A program made the position numbers and the translations under genes. This document shows, piece after piece, positions 1 through 8,874 of a DNA stretch of 33,320 nucleotides. Position 1 is the stretch's first letter, and every line of letters starts with the position of its first letter. Source of the stretch: a virus (taxonomy: Duplodnaviria; Caudoviricetes); IMG/VR virus record IMGVR_UViG_3300005764_000051, positions 1-33,320 of that record. One strand, written 5' to 3'. The notes beneath the pieces are model-generated. The model was not told the DNA's origin, did no database searches, and saw only the letters and a program-made list of their open reading frames with translations.

Positions 1-30
1 GTCTAATTTTTGCGCAGATGGTTTGTTTTC

Positions 31-522
31 ATGCACTTAGAGACGACACAGGCGGTGACTATCAACTTCGGGACGCCGCTCGTCCTCCTCGTCGGGTCGT
101 ATCACGGCGATTGCGAGGCGATTTTCACGTTTTCAGGGAACGGGTTTAGCGCGAAAGGAGAAAATATGTCGGCAACTCTTCAGGCGGGCGAATACGCAAC
201 GGTCAGCGTCGAATGGAAGGACGCCGGAGGCCGTACCGTCGCCGTCGAGGACGGCTCGGTTAACTGGAAATCGAGCGATACCTCGATTTGCACCGTGACT
301 CAGGCGAGCGGCAACCCGGCGATAGCAAATCTCTACGCTCCCGGTCCGATTGGAACCGTGAGCATACAGGCGACCGGCGACGCGGATTTGGGGCAAGGCG
401 TACAGACCGTAACCGCGACGCTCCAGGTCGAGGTGATCACGGGCGAGGCGGTCGCCGGAGATATCACGTTCACTCAGTCGCCGTCACAGGAGCATCCGGC
501 TCCTCCGCCGCGGAAACGTTGA
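31..522 (+). CDS. Ig-like (Big_2-type) domain protein, probably virion-associated
   Basis: Beta-rich sequence with 'VNWKSSDTSICTV...GTVSIQATGDADLG' Ig-like signature; alternative start ATG 166 has an AAGGAG RBS; stop overlaps terS start (TGATG). Confidence 0.7.
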   Translation: MHLETTQAVTINFGTPLVLLVGSYHGDCEAIFTFSGNGFSAKGENMSATLQAGEYATVSVEWKDAGGRTVAVEDGSVNWKSSDTSICTVTQASGNPAIANLYAPGPIGTVSIQATGDADLGQGVQTVTATLQVEVITGEAVAGDITFTQSPSQEHPAPPPRKR

Positions 523-1010
523 TGGGACGGACGCCGAAACCGACCGTCGTCCACATGCTGCAAGGCACCGTCGCGTCGCGGCATTCCGGCGCGGCGTTTC
601 AGCCGATACCGGCGGAGTCACTGGGGGCTCCGCCGGAATACTGGCGGGCGGACGGCGTCGAGCGGCGCGAGTGGGACTATGCGTTCGCCTCCTGTCCGGC
701 GGGTATGCTCCGCGCTCCCGACCGGCGGCTCCTCATCGCGTGGTGCGAATGTTGCGCGGAGTACGACCGGCTCCGCGAGGTAATCGCCAAGGAGGGAACG
801 CTCGCGACGACTCCGCGCGGCGTCACGGCGTCACATCCCGCGGTCGGGCAACGCGACCGGGCGCTCTCGCGCATGAAGATGCTTTCGGAGCTCCTCGGGT
901 TCTCTCCGGCGGCGCGGACCCGGCTTCAGGTGCGGGACATGGCTCCGGCGGCGGGCTCGGAGTGGGAAAAGCTCCGCGCGAAAACATCGGCTCCCGATAA
1001 AACCGGCTAG
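522..1010 (+). CDS. terS: Terminase small subunit, P27 family
   Basis: N-terminal MGRTPKPT...LQG, 'HPAV' and C-terminal 'LGFSPAARTRL' motifs; directly upstream of terL; true start is ATG 522, not the ORF-track start 288. Confidence 0.92.
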   Translation: MGRTPKPTVVHMLQGTVASRHSGAAFQPIPAESLGAPPEYWRADGVERREWDYAFASCPAGMLRAPDRRLLIAWCECCAEYDRLREVIAKEGTLATTPRGVTASHPAVGQRDRALSRMKMLSELLGFSPAARTRLQVRDMAPAAGSEWEKLRAKTSAPDKTG

Positions 1011-1015
1011 CACAA

Positions 1016-2722
1016 ATGAGTACGGCTCTCGCGGTGTCGCATGTTGCGGACGCCGCGGGATACGTACGCGCGGTCCTCGACGGCAAAATCCCGGCGTGCC
1101 GATGGGTCCGGCTCGCGTGCGAACGTCACGAGCGCGACCTCGCGCGGTCCGTCGCCGACCCGGCGTATCCGTACGCGTTCGACGAGGACGCCGCGGAGAC
1201 CGTTTGCGAGTTCATCGAGCATTTCCGGCACATCAAGGGGAAATGGGCGCGCGCCGGTCAGTACATCCGGCTCGAACCGTGGCAATCGTTCATCGTGTGC
1301 TCCGTGTTCGGGTGGAAACGGCGCTCGGACGGCGCGCGGCGGTTCCGCATTTCGTACACGGAGGTCGCGCGCAAAAACGCGAAATCGACGACGACCTCCG
1401 GCATCGGTAATTACCTCGTCGCGGCGGACAACGAGGAGGGCGCGCATGTGGTCTCCGCGGCGACGACCCGCGACCAAGCGCGCATCGTGTTCTCCGACTC
1501 TCAGGCGATGGCGCGCAAGGAACCGGATTTCCTCCGCGCGTTCGGCATCGAGGTCACGGCTCACGCGATATCACAACTCTCGACGTCGTCGAAATACGAG
1601 GCGATATCGGCGGAGGACCATTCCCTCGACGGGCTCAACATTCACGCGGCGCTCATCGACGAGCTCCACGCGCACCGCGACCGCGGCGTATGGGACGTGC
1701 TCGAAACGGCGACCGGCTCGCGGTTTCAACCGCTCATTTGGGCGATTACGACGGCGGGTACGAACCGGGCGGGCGTCTGTTACGACCAACATTTGCACGT
1801 AACGGATATCCTCTCCGGCACAGTCGAGGACGACTCCTATTTCGGCATCATCTACACGATTGACGAGGGAGACGACCCGTTCGACGAGACGTCCTGGCAA
1901 AAGGCGAACCCGAATTGGGGCGTCTCGGTGTTGCCGGAGAATTTCCGCTCTACCGCGGCGCGGGCGCGCTCCATGCCGTCGATGCAAACCGCGTTCCTGA
2001 CGAAGCATCTATGCGTTTGGGCGAACGCGGGCGTCGGCTGGCTCCCGGCGGGCGCGTGGGACAAGCTCGCGCGTCCGGCGCTCACGCTCGACGAGCTCGC
2101 CGGTAACCCGTGCTACGTCGGAATCGACCTCGCGTCGAGGAGCGACCTCGCGGCGGTCGCGCTCCTGTTTCCTCCGCACGGGACGCGGCGCAAGTGGGCG
2201 CTGTTCGCCAAATTCTATTTGCCGTCGGAGACCGTCGAGCGCGCGGAGAATACGCACTATCAGGGATGGGAGCGCACCGGGCGGCTCACGGCAACGGAGG
2301 GCGCGGCGACCGATTGCGACGCAATCCTCGACGATTTGCTCGAAACTTGCGGGCGGTTCGAGGTCCGCGAGGTCGCATCCGACCCGTGGAAAAACCTGCC
2401 GCTCATGAACGCTCTGCAAAACCGCGGCGTCACGGTTCCGAAAGTGGACGTCCGGCAAACCCTCGCGGTGATGAGTCCGGCAATGAAGGAATTTGAGGCG
2501 CTCGTCGTCTCCGGCGCAATCGAGCATGACGGCGACCCGGTCCTCGCGTGGAACGTGGCGAACACTGTCGCGCTCCAGAAACCCGGCGAGAATATCTACC
2601 CGTCGAAGGACTCGCCGGAGCGCAAAATCGACGGCGTCCTCGCGGCATTGATGGCGCTCGACCGGGCGCTCCGCGAGGAGGCAACTCCGGATTTCGCGAC
2701 GCGAGGTCTCTACAGTGTTTAA
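1016..2722 (+). CDS. terL: Terminase large subunit
   Basis: LEPWQ, Walker A 'EVARKNAKST', Walker B 'ALIDELH', 'ITTAG' coupling motif, nuclease 'GIDLAS' and 'KIDGVLA'. Confidence 0.97.
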   Translation: MSTALAVSHVADAAGYVRAVLDGKIPACRWVRLACERHERDLARSVADPAYPYAFDEDAAETVCEFIEHFRHIKGKWARAGQYIRLEPWQSFIVCSVFGWKRRSDGARRFRISYTEVARKNAKSTTTSGIGNYLVAADNEEGAHVVSAATTRDQARIVFSDSQAMARKEPDFLRAFGIEVTAHAISQLSTSSKYEAISAEDHSLDGLNIHAALIDELHAHRDRGVWDVLETATGSRFQPLIWAITTAGTNRAGVCYDQHLHVTDILSGTVEDDSYFGIIYTIDEGDDPFDETSWQKANPNWGVSVLPENFRSTAARARSMPSMQTAFLTKHLCVWANAGVGWLPAGAWDKLARPALTLDELAGNPCYVGIDLASRSDLAAVALLFPPHGTRRKWALFAKFYLPSETVERAENTHYQGWERTGRLTATEGAATDCDAILDDLLETCGRFEVREVASDPWKNLPLMNALQNRGVTVPKVDVRQTLAVMSPAMKEFEALVVSGAIEHDGDPVLAWNVANTVALQKPGENIYPSKDSPERKIDGVLAALMALDRALREEATPDFATRGLYSV

Positions 2723-4019
2723 CGGCTCCCGGTTCCGGACGGCGCGCTCCTGGCTCGCGCGCAAGCTCGACCCGTCGGCGACCGTCGCCTCCGTGGGGCA
2801 ACCCTCGGGCGCGGTCGTCGCCGCGGATATGTCGGCAATGACGGCGCTCTCCTCGGGCGCGGTATGGGCATGTTGCCGTCTCATCTCGCAATCCATCGCC
2901 TCGCTCCCGGCGCATATTTTCGAGGAGACGGAGGACGGCAAACGCAAGGCATACGACCACCCGTACTACCGGATGCTCACGCGGCAACCCAACGCGTTGA
3001 TGACGTTTCTGCAATGGCTCCAGACGACCGTATTGCATCTCATGCTTTGGGGCAACGCGTTCTCGATTCCCGGCAAAGTCGAGGGCGACGTCGTCGAGCT
3101 CTGGCCGATAGACCCGGCGCGCGTCCGCATCCTGTGGAACATGGACGGCTCGTTCTGGTATCGGTTCTTCGACCTCCGCGGGACGCCGACGGATTACTCG
3201 CCGCTCGACCTCCTGCATTTCCGCATCATGTCGCTCGACGGCGTTATCGGGCTCGCGCCGATGGATTTCCACCGCATTACGTTCGGATTCGAGCAACTCG
3301 CGGGCGCGTATGCCTCCTCGCTCTATCTAAACGGCGGGCGACCGTCCGGCGTTCTGGAGTATCCCGGCAACCTCCGCGAGGAGCAAGTACAGAAGATACG
3401 CGATTCCTGGGCGACGATTCACGGCGGACCGGATGCGGGCGGCAAGGTCGCGGTGCTCGACGGCGGGACGAAATATACGCCGGTCTCGGCTCCCCTGCAA
3501 CAGTTGGAATGGGTCGCGACGCAAAAGTTTTCGGTCGAGCAAATCGCGCGGATTTTCGGCGTGCCTCCGCATCTCATCGGGGCGCAAGACAAGACGCCGT
3601 ACGCATCGGTCGAGCAACAGTCCCTCGAATTCTCGGAGTACACGCTCGGGCCGGTCGTCCGCGGCATCGAGCAAACCATCGAAACGGAGCTCTTGGAAGC
3701 TCCGTACATCTACCGGCTCAACCTGTCGGCGTTCGCGCGCGCCGATATCGGCTCCCGCTACCGCGCGTATGCGACCGGGCGTCAGTGGGGATGGTTCTCG
3801 GTTAACGACGTCCGCGAGCTAGAGGACCTCAACCGCATCGGACCCGCGGGCGACGTCTACCTGCAACCGTTGAACATGGTCAACGCGGGCGATGCCGTAA
3901 CGAGCATCGAGTTCGCGCCGCCGCCGGAGGAGGGCGCTCCGGCTCCCGAACCCGGCGGCGATACGCCGGTCGTCCCGGCGCTCGGGCCGTCGATTCCGCA
4001 ACCCGGAGCGATTCCATGA
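2715..4019 (+). CDS. Portal protein, HK97 family
   Basis: 'AVWACCRLISQSIASLP', 'PNALMT', 'LWGNA', 'IARIFGVPPHLIG', 'NDVRELEDL' motifs; Pro-rich C-terminal tail. Confidence 0.96.
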   Translation: MFNGSRFRTARSWLARKLDPSATVASVGQPSGAVVAADMSAMTALSSGAVWACCRLISQSIASLPAHIFEETEDGKRKAYDHPYYRMLTRQPNALMTFLQWLQTTVLHLMLWGNAFSIPGKVEGDVVELWPIDPARVRILWNMDGSFWYRFFDLRGTPTDYSPLDLLHFRIMSLDGVIGLAPMDFHRITFGFEQLAGAYASSLYLNGGRPSGVLEYPGNLREEQVQKIRDSWATIHGGPDAGGKVAVLDGGTKYTPVSAPLQQLEWVATQKFSVEQIARIFGVPPHLIGAQDKTPYASVEQQSLEFSEYTLGPVVRGIEQTIETELLEAPYIYRLNLSAFARADIGSRYRAYATGRQWGWFSVNDVRELEDLNRIGPAGDVYLQPLNMVNAGDAVTSIEFAPPPEEGAPAPEPGGDTPVVPALGPSIPQPGAIP

Positions 4020-4330
4020 TTAACTCTCCGCAGAATTGGTATCGCGGCTCGCGATGCACATACCTGTACGTCGCGATGATTCGGGCGGATGGGACGTTCG
4101 CGCTCGGTCCGTGGGGATGGACCGTCGAGAAAACCGGCGTCGGTCTGTACAAGGTGACTCACCATATCGGGCACACACAGTACGTCGGCATCGCGATAGT
4201 CGGACCGGAGGACTACCACAGCACGGGCGCGATTCAGAATCCGACCGCGCAGGATTTCACGGTCGCCTCGTTTGCAGGGACGCAACCGACCGACATTGAC
4301 GTTCAGCTATTAGTGGCGACGCCGGAATGA
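4016..4330 (+). CDS. Hypothetical beta-rich protein between portal and protease
   Basis: 104-aa ORF with ATGA overlaps at both ends; 'WTVEKTGVGLYKVTH' resembles small fibre/decoration domains. Confidence 0.7.
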   Translation: MINSPQNWYRGSRCTYLYVAMIRADGTFALGPWGWTVEKTGVGLYKVTHHIGHTQYVGIAIVGPEDYHSTGAIQNPTAQDFTVASFAGTQPTDIDVQLLVATPE

Positions 4331-5046
4331 GGAGCATCGGCATGAAGGAACAATTTTTTCTGACCAAGCATTTCGCGCTCGTCGAGGCGAAACAGGACGA
4401 CCCGACGACCGGCGAATTCTCCGGTTATGCGGCGACCTATACCCGCGATTCGGAGGGCGACCGCATTGAACCCGGCGCGTTCGCGCAGAGCATCAAGGAC
4501 CGGCGCGGCAAGATCCCGATTTTCCTGAATCATGACCGGCAACAATGGGCGGGCGCATCGACCGGGCTCGCGGAGGACGGACACGGGCTCATGCTCCGCG
4601 GGCAACTGTTCCTCGACACGTCCGCCGGTCGCGACGCGCTCGGGCTCCTGAAGAACGCCGCGGCGGTAGATTTCCCGGTCGGTCTGTCCATCGGGTTTAT
4701 GACGCGCGATTGGGATTTCGACGAGGGGACACAAACCCGGCTCCTCAAGGACGTTGATTTATGGGAGACGTCCATAACGCCGTTTCCGGCGCAACGCGGC
4801 GCGCGCGTGGATGCGGTGAAAAGCCTCCGATATTACGAGCAACTCTTGCGGGATGTAGGGGGATGCTCTGTGAACGGCGCAAAGGCGGTGCTCGCCATGT
4901 TGCCGCTCGCGCTATCCGGCGACCCGGACGGCAACCTGTTCTCCTCCGTGCGGGATGTACGGAGCGCGGAACTGTTCGATATGCGGACGGCGTTAACCGA
5001 CGCAATCCGCGACCTCAAGGAGGTCCATTTTGGCACAGGTCAATAA
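4327..5046 (+). CDS. Prohead maturation protease, HK97 family (S78)
   Basis: 'FSGYAATY..DSEGDRIEPGAF', catalytic 'NHD', 'GLSIGF', 'LWETSITPFPA'; start may be ATG 4342. Confidence 0.95.
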   Translation: MRSIGMKEQFFLTKHFALVEAKQDDPTTGEFSGYAATYTRDSEGDRIEPGAFAQSIKDRRGKIPIFLNHDRQQWAGASTGLAEDGHGLMLRGQLFLDTSAGRDALGLLKNAAAVDFPVGLSIGFMTRDWDFDEGTQTRLLKDVDLWETSITPFPAQRGARVDAVKSLRYYEQLLRDVGGCSVNGAKAVLAMLPLALSGDPDGNLFSSVRDVRSAELFDMRTALTDAIRDLKEVHFGTGQ

Positions 5047-6367
5047 CACGGAAGAGGGGCGCGAGCTCATCGGACAGTTTCAATCGGCGCTCACGGAATT
5101 CCGAAACTGGAGCACCAAAGCGCAAGGCGAAATCCAGGCGACCGGCGCGGTTGTCACGGCGACCAAGGAGGGACTCCTCGCCGCGGAGACCAAGCTAACC
5201 GCGGTGAGTACGGAGCTCGGCGGGCTCGCGGAGCGCGTCGCGAAAGTCGAGACCGATAACCGGATGCTCAAGCAACGCGGGTTCCGGCTCGGCGCTAACG
5301 GCGACGGCGGCGACGGCGGGCTCGACCTCCGCTCGTTCGGTCAGCGCGTGACGCAATCCAACGAATTCAAGGCGGCGCAATTTACCGGGCGGTTCCGGTT
5401 TTCGATGGGGATGAACGGGCGGCTCTATGAACGCAAGGCGGCGTCTCCCGACCCGCTAGTAACGCCGACGACGATTACGGAGGCGGGCTCGGGATGGATT
5501 CTCTACCCGCAACGCGTCGGCGTGTTCGTCTCGCCGCAAATGTTGCCGCTCGTGATGCGGGACCTCCTCACGGTAATTCCTCTCAGCGGGACGAACGCGG
5601 TCGAGTACGTCTACGAAACGTGGACGTGGGCGGCGGACTATCAGGTAAACGAGGGCGACAAAAAAGCTCAAGGCGGCGTGACGTACACGGATGCCACGGC
5701 AATCGTAAGAACCATCGCGTGGTTTGTAAAAATCTCCCGGCAAATGCTCTCCGACGTTCCGTACGTCGCGCAGACCATCGACTCCCGGCTCATCTATGGC
5801 GTCCTCAAAAAAGAGGAGCATGAAATCCTCTGGGGCGACGGCGCGACCGGGCATATCAAAGGCATCATGCCGCAAGCGACCGCGGCGGCGGTTCCTCCGG
5901 CGGGCGCGAACCGGGCGGACGAGCTCGCGATGGCGGCGGCGGCGCTCGCCGCGGCGGGTTTCGCTCCGTCGGCAATCGTGCTCAATCCGATGGATTGGGC
6001 AGCAATGCAGATTGCGAAATCCGGACTCGGCGTGTACATCCTCGGCGGACCGCTCGCCGCGGAACCCTCGCGGCTGTGGGGACTCCAGGTCGTAACGACC
6101 GTCGAGATGCCAGCGGGACAGTACCTCGTCGGCGCGTTTCCAGGCAACGCGGCGCTATTCGACCGCGAGACGGCGAACGCGGAAATCTCGTTCGAGAATG
6201 AGGACGATTTCGTCCGCAACCTCGCCACGATCCGCGCGGAGGAGCGTATCGCGCTCGCGGTGTATTTACCGCAAGCGTTCGTAAAGGGGACCTTCGTCTC
6301 GGCGTCGATGGCGGAGGCGACCGGCGGAACGCAACCGGCGCAACCGCACGCGTCGGCGCGCAAGTAA
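5030..6367 (+). CDS. Major capsid protein, HK97 fold with N-terminal coiled-coil delta domain
   Basis: AAGGAGG RBS with TTG start; 'EGDKK', 'KISRQMLSD', 'ILWGDG', 'LWGLQVV', 'DDFVRNLATIRAEER' motifs. Confidence 0.96.
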   Translation: MAQVNNTEEGRELIGQFQSALTEFRNWSTKAQGEIQATGAVVTATKEGLLAAETKLTAVSTELGGLAERVAKVETDNRMLKQRGFRLGANGDGGDGGLDLRSFGQRVTQSNEFKAAQFTGRFRFSMGMNGRLYERKAASPDPLVTPTTITEAGSGWILYPQRVGVFVSPQMLPLVMRDLLTVIPLSGTNAVEYVYETWTWAADYQVNEGDKKAQGGVTYTDATAIVRTIAWFVKISRQMLSDVPYVAQTIDSRLIYGVLKKEEHEILWGDGATGHIKGIMPQATAAAVPPAGANRADELAMAAAALAAAGFAPSAIVLNPMDWAAMQIAKSGLGVYILGGPLAAEPSRLWGLQVVTTVEMPAGQYLVGAFPGNAALFDRETANAEISFENEDDFVRNLATIRAEERIALAVYLPQAFVKGTFVSASMAEATGGTQPAQPHASARK

Positions 6368-6368
6368 C

Positions 6369-6530
6369 ATGCGGGTCATTTTCATCAAGGACCGCGAGTA
6401 CGCGGGCAAGCTCCGGCGACCGGGCGAGCTCCTCGACGTTCCCGATAAAGATGGGCGCGAGCTCATCGCGGCGGGCGACGCGCGCGAACGCAAGGCGACC
6501 GGACCGGCGGAGACCAAGGAGGCATCATGA
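6369..6530 (+). CDS. Small 53-aa protein following capsid (not in ORF track)
   Basis: Manual translation MRVIFIKDREYAGKLRRPGELLDVPDKDGRELIAAGDARE..., the 'G(E/D)..DV....(A/G)..LI..G.A' pattern common in small post-capsid ORFs; ATGA overlap with next gene. Confidence 0.8.
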   Translation: MRVIFIKDREYAGKLRRPGELLDVPDKDGRELIAAGDARERKATGPAETKEAS

Positions 6531-6667
6531 CGGTTACCGCTCATGTGGTTTTGCTCATCATCGCGCTCGTGTGTTTTCTCGCCGCGGCGTTCGGCGCGAA
6601 CCCGCCGCGGGTCAACCTACTCGCGGGCGGGCTCGCGTTCCTCGCGCTCGCGATGCTCATCGGCTAG
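6527..6667 (+). CDS. Small two-TM membrane protein, 46 aa (not in ORF track)
   Basis: AAGGAGG RBS; MTVTAHVVLLIIALVCFLAAAFGANPPRVNLLAGGLAFLALAMLIG. Confidence 0.8.
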   Translation: MTVTAHVVLLIIALVCFLAAAFGANPPRVNLLAGGLAFLALAMLIG

Positions 6668-6670
6668 CTC

Positions 6671-7114
6671 ATGGCGTATCTCCCTAATCGGCGCGTGAGT
6701 TTTCATGACCGGGACAATTTCGTCCGCGACCTCATGACCATACTCACCGGCAACCCGGAGTGCGGCGGCGACGCGATACAGGTCCCGTCGCCGCTCACCC
6801 ATACCGCGCGCGACCTCGCGCCGGTCGTCCCGGTCGAGGACGTGAAACATCATCTCCGCATCGAACCGGAGGTCACCGATGACGACGGCTATCTCACCGG
6901 GCTAGAGATGGCGGCGCGGCTCCATACGGAGAACGTCCTCCGGCGCTCGATTGACGAAACCGTCGGCGAAAACGTCAAGCTCGCGATGCTCCTCCTCATC
7001 GCTCACTGGTACAGAAACCGCGAGTCCGTCGGCGATAACAAGCTCGTGCAATTGCCGCTCGCCTACATGGCGCTCCTCGCTCCGGAGCGTGACTATCCGC
7101 TCGGTACGTATTGA
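6671..7114 (+). CDS. Head-tail connector (HK97 gp6-like)
   Basis: 'VKHHLRIE...DDDGYL...AARLHTEN...VKLAMLLLIAHWYRNRESV' signature. Confidence 0.93.
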   Translation: MAYLPNRRVSFHDRDNFVRDLMTILTGNPECGGDAIQVPSPLTHTARDLAPVVPVEDVKHHLRIEPEVTDDDGYLTGLEMAARLHTENVLRRSIDETVGENVKLAMLLLIAHWYRNRESVGDNKLVQLPLAYMALLAPERDYPLGTY

Positions 7115-7449
7115 TGGCGACGCTCAACAACCCGGAAGTGGACGCGGGCTCACTCGATAAGCGCGTGGCGCTCCTCCGTCCGGTTTACAACGCCTATCAG
7201 GACGAAATCGACAGTTGGGAACCCGTCGGCTCCGTTTGGGCGGCGATGGCTCCGGCGTCCGGCATGGAGGCCAACGAGGCGGGTCACACCGTCGCGGTAA
7301 CCGTCGTCCCGGTCGTCATCCGCTACCGCTCGGACATTGACGCGCGATGGCGGCTCTCACTCGGCGCGCGCGTGTTCGAGGTCGAGGCGCTCGTCAACGT
7401 CGGCGAGCGCGGCGCGCAACTCCGGCTCACCTGCAAGGAGGTTTTATGA
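7114..7449 (+). CDS. Head closure/stopper protein (SPP1 gp16-like)
   Basis: 'AGSLDKRVAL...W..VGSVWA...IRYRSDIDARWR...LTCKE'; synteny. Confidence 0.9.
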   Translation: MATLNNPEVDAGSLDKRVALLRPVYNAYQDEIDSWEPVGSVWAAMAPASGMEANEAGHTVAVTVVPVVIRYRSDIDARWRLSLGARVFEVEALVNVGERGAQLRLTCKEVL

Positions 7450-7928
7450 CCCGTCCTCCCGAACATATCGCGTTGAGCTCCTCGGATATCGACGACATAC
7501 ACAAGCTATTCGACACGCTCATCGCGTACATGGGCGACCGATGGACCTCGGCAAACCTCTACGCGACCAAGGACGCGTCGGGCGGCGTCAATTGCGGCAT
7601 CACCTGTACGGACCGGGCGAACAACTCGTTTACGTACTCGGAGCGCATCATCGGTCCGCGGGTCGCGGTATCGCCTCCAGGTGCGAACCTCGGACCCGGC
7701 GCGGCGCAACAGTTCACGGCGGCGGTGACGAATTCCGACGGCTCCGCGGTTTCCTCGCCGACGATCCAATGGACCGTGCAACCGGGCGCGAACGGCGGCG
7801 GCGTCATCGACGCGACCGGCTTATACACCGCTCCGGCGTCCATCGCGGCGAGCGGCAACGATACCGTAGTCGCGCTCTATGTCGAGGGCGGAAGCTCCGC
7901 GGCGGTCTCCGTCGCGCTCCATTCATAG
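7446..7928 (+). CDS. Protein with C-terminal Ig-like domain inserted in neck module
   Basis: 'VSPPGANLGPGAAQQFTAAV...IQWTV...GVIDATGLYTAP' Ig-like motif; AAGGAGG RBS, ATGA overlap. Confidence 0.8.
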   Translation: MTRPPEHIALSSSDIDDIHKLFDTLIAYMGDRWTSANLYATKDASGGVNCGITCTDRANNSFTYSERIIGPRVAVSPPGANLGPGAAQQFTAAVTNSDGSAVSSPTIQWTVQPGANGGGVIDATGLYTAPASIAASGNDTVVALYVEGGSSAAVSVALHS

Positions 7929-7930
7929 CT

Positions 7931-8410
7931 ATGGCGGGCTCGCTCAAATCCGTATCGACCGGCGGCAAGGCCTTCAAGTGGGAAGGCATCACGGAGATGA
8001 AAAAAATGTGGGCGGAGTTCGCGATTGCGCTCGGCGAGGAGGGGATGGGAACGGCGCGCGCGGAGCTCAAGGATGCGCTCATCAAACCGGCGTACGTCAT
8101 CCGCGACGAGGCAAAGGACCTGTGTCCCTACAACCCGAAACGCAAGGAGGGGATACATCTCCGCGACGCGATTTTTGCGACCAAAGGACCGGACGACAAA
8201 AAGGGCGTCATCGTCGGCGTGAACCTCAAAAAAGCTCCGCACGGAATCCTCGTTGAAAAAGGAACGTCGCGGATGCAAGCGCACCCGTACTTTCGACCGG
8301 CGGTTACCGCGACCCGACCTCTCGTCGCGAACATGATATCCGGCGACATGAAAAAGCTCATCGAAGGCATGGCGAACAAGCTCGGATACCATCCTCCGAA
8401 AACGTCGTAA
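7931..8410 (+). CDS. HK97 gp10-like neck/tail completion protein
   Basis: 'APHGILVEKGTSRMQAHPYFRPA' motif; true start ATG 7931. Confidence 0.9.
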   Translation: MAGSLKSVSTGGKAFKWEGITEMKKMWAEFAIALGEEGMGTARAELKDALIKPAYVIRDEAKDLCPYNPKRKEGIHLRDAIFATKGPDDKKGVIVGVNLKKAPHGILVEKGTSRMQAHPYFRPAVTATRPLVANMISGDMKKLIEGMANKLGYHPPKTS

Positions 8411-8874
8411 TGGTCATTGTCGAACAGGTAATCCGCGACCTCCTGATACGGACGAATCTTTGCGAAACGCGCGTGTTTTTGCACCGCGCGCCACAGGTCC
8501 CGGCGGAGCAACAGAAATACCCGTTCATGATTTTCTTTCACGTCGCGCCGCTCCCATTGACGGCGCATAGCGGACCGCTCTCGCTCATCAACCGCGACTA
8601 TCAGGTGTCGATTTACGACCTGTCGCAATCGCGCGCGCTCGGCATCGGCGACGCGCTCCGCGGCGCGCTCGACGGGCTCCGCGAGCTATTCGAGGGCGTT
8701 CAATTCGGCGGCATCTTCTATCGAAATCAGACGCACGGCTACGAGGTCGAGACGAAACTACACGAGGTCGTACAGGAGTACCGGATCTTTTACCGGCTCC
8801 TCGACCCGCAACCCGCAGTACGAACCCGCAGTACAACCCGTAAGGAGAACGAACGATGGAACAAGCATTACTAG
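8410..8874 (+). CDS. Tail terminator (DUF3168/gp17-like)
   Basis: 'RVF..RAPQ....YPFMIF...YQVSIY' pattern; position before tail tube gene. Confidence 0.8.
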   Translation: MVIVEQVIRDLLIRTNLCETRVFLHRAPQVPAEQQKYPFMIFFHVAPLPLTAHSGPLSLINRDYQVSIYDLSQSRALGIGDALRGALDGLRELFEGVQFGGIFYRNQTHGYEVETKLHEVVQEYRIFYRLLDPQPAVRTRSTTRKENERWNKHY

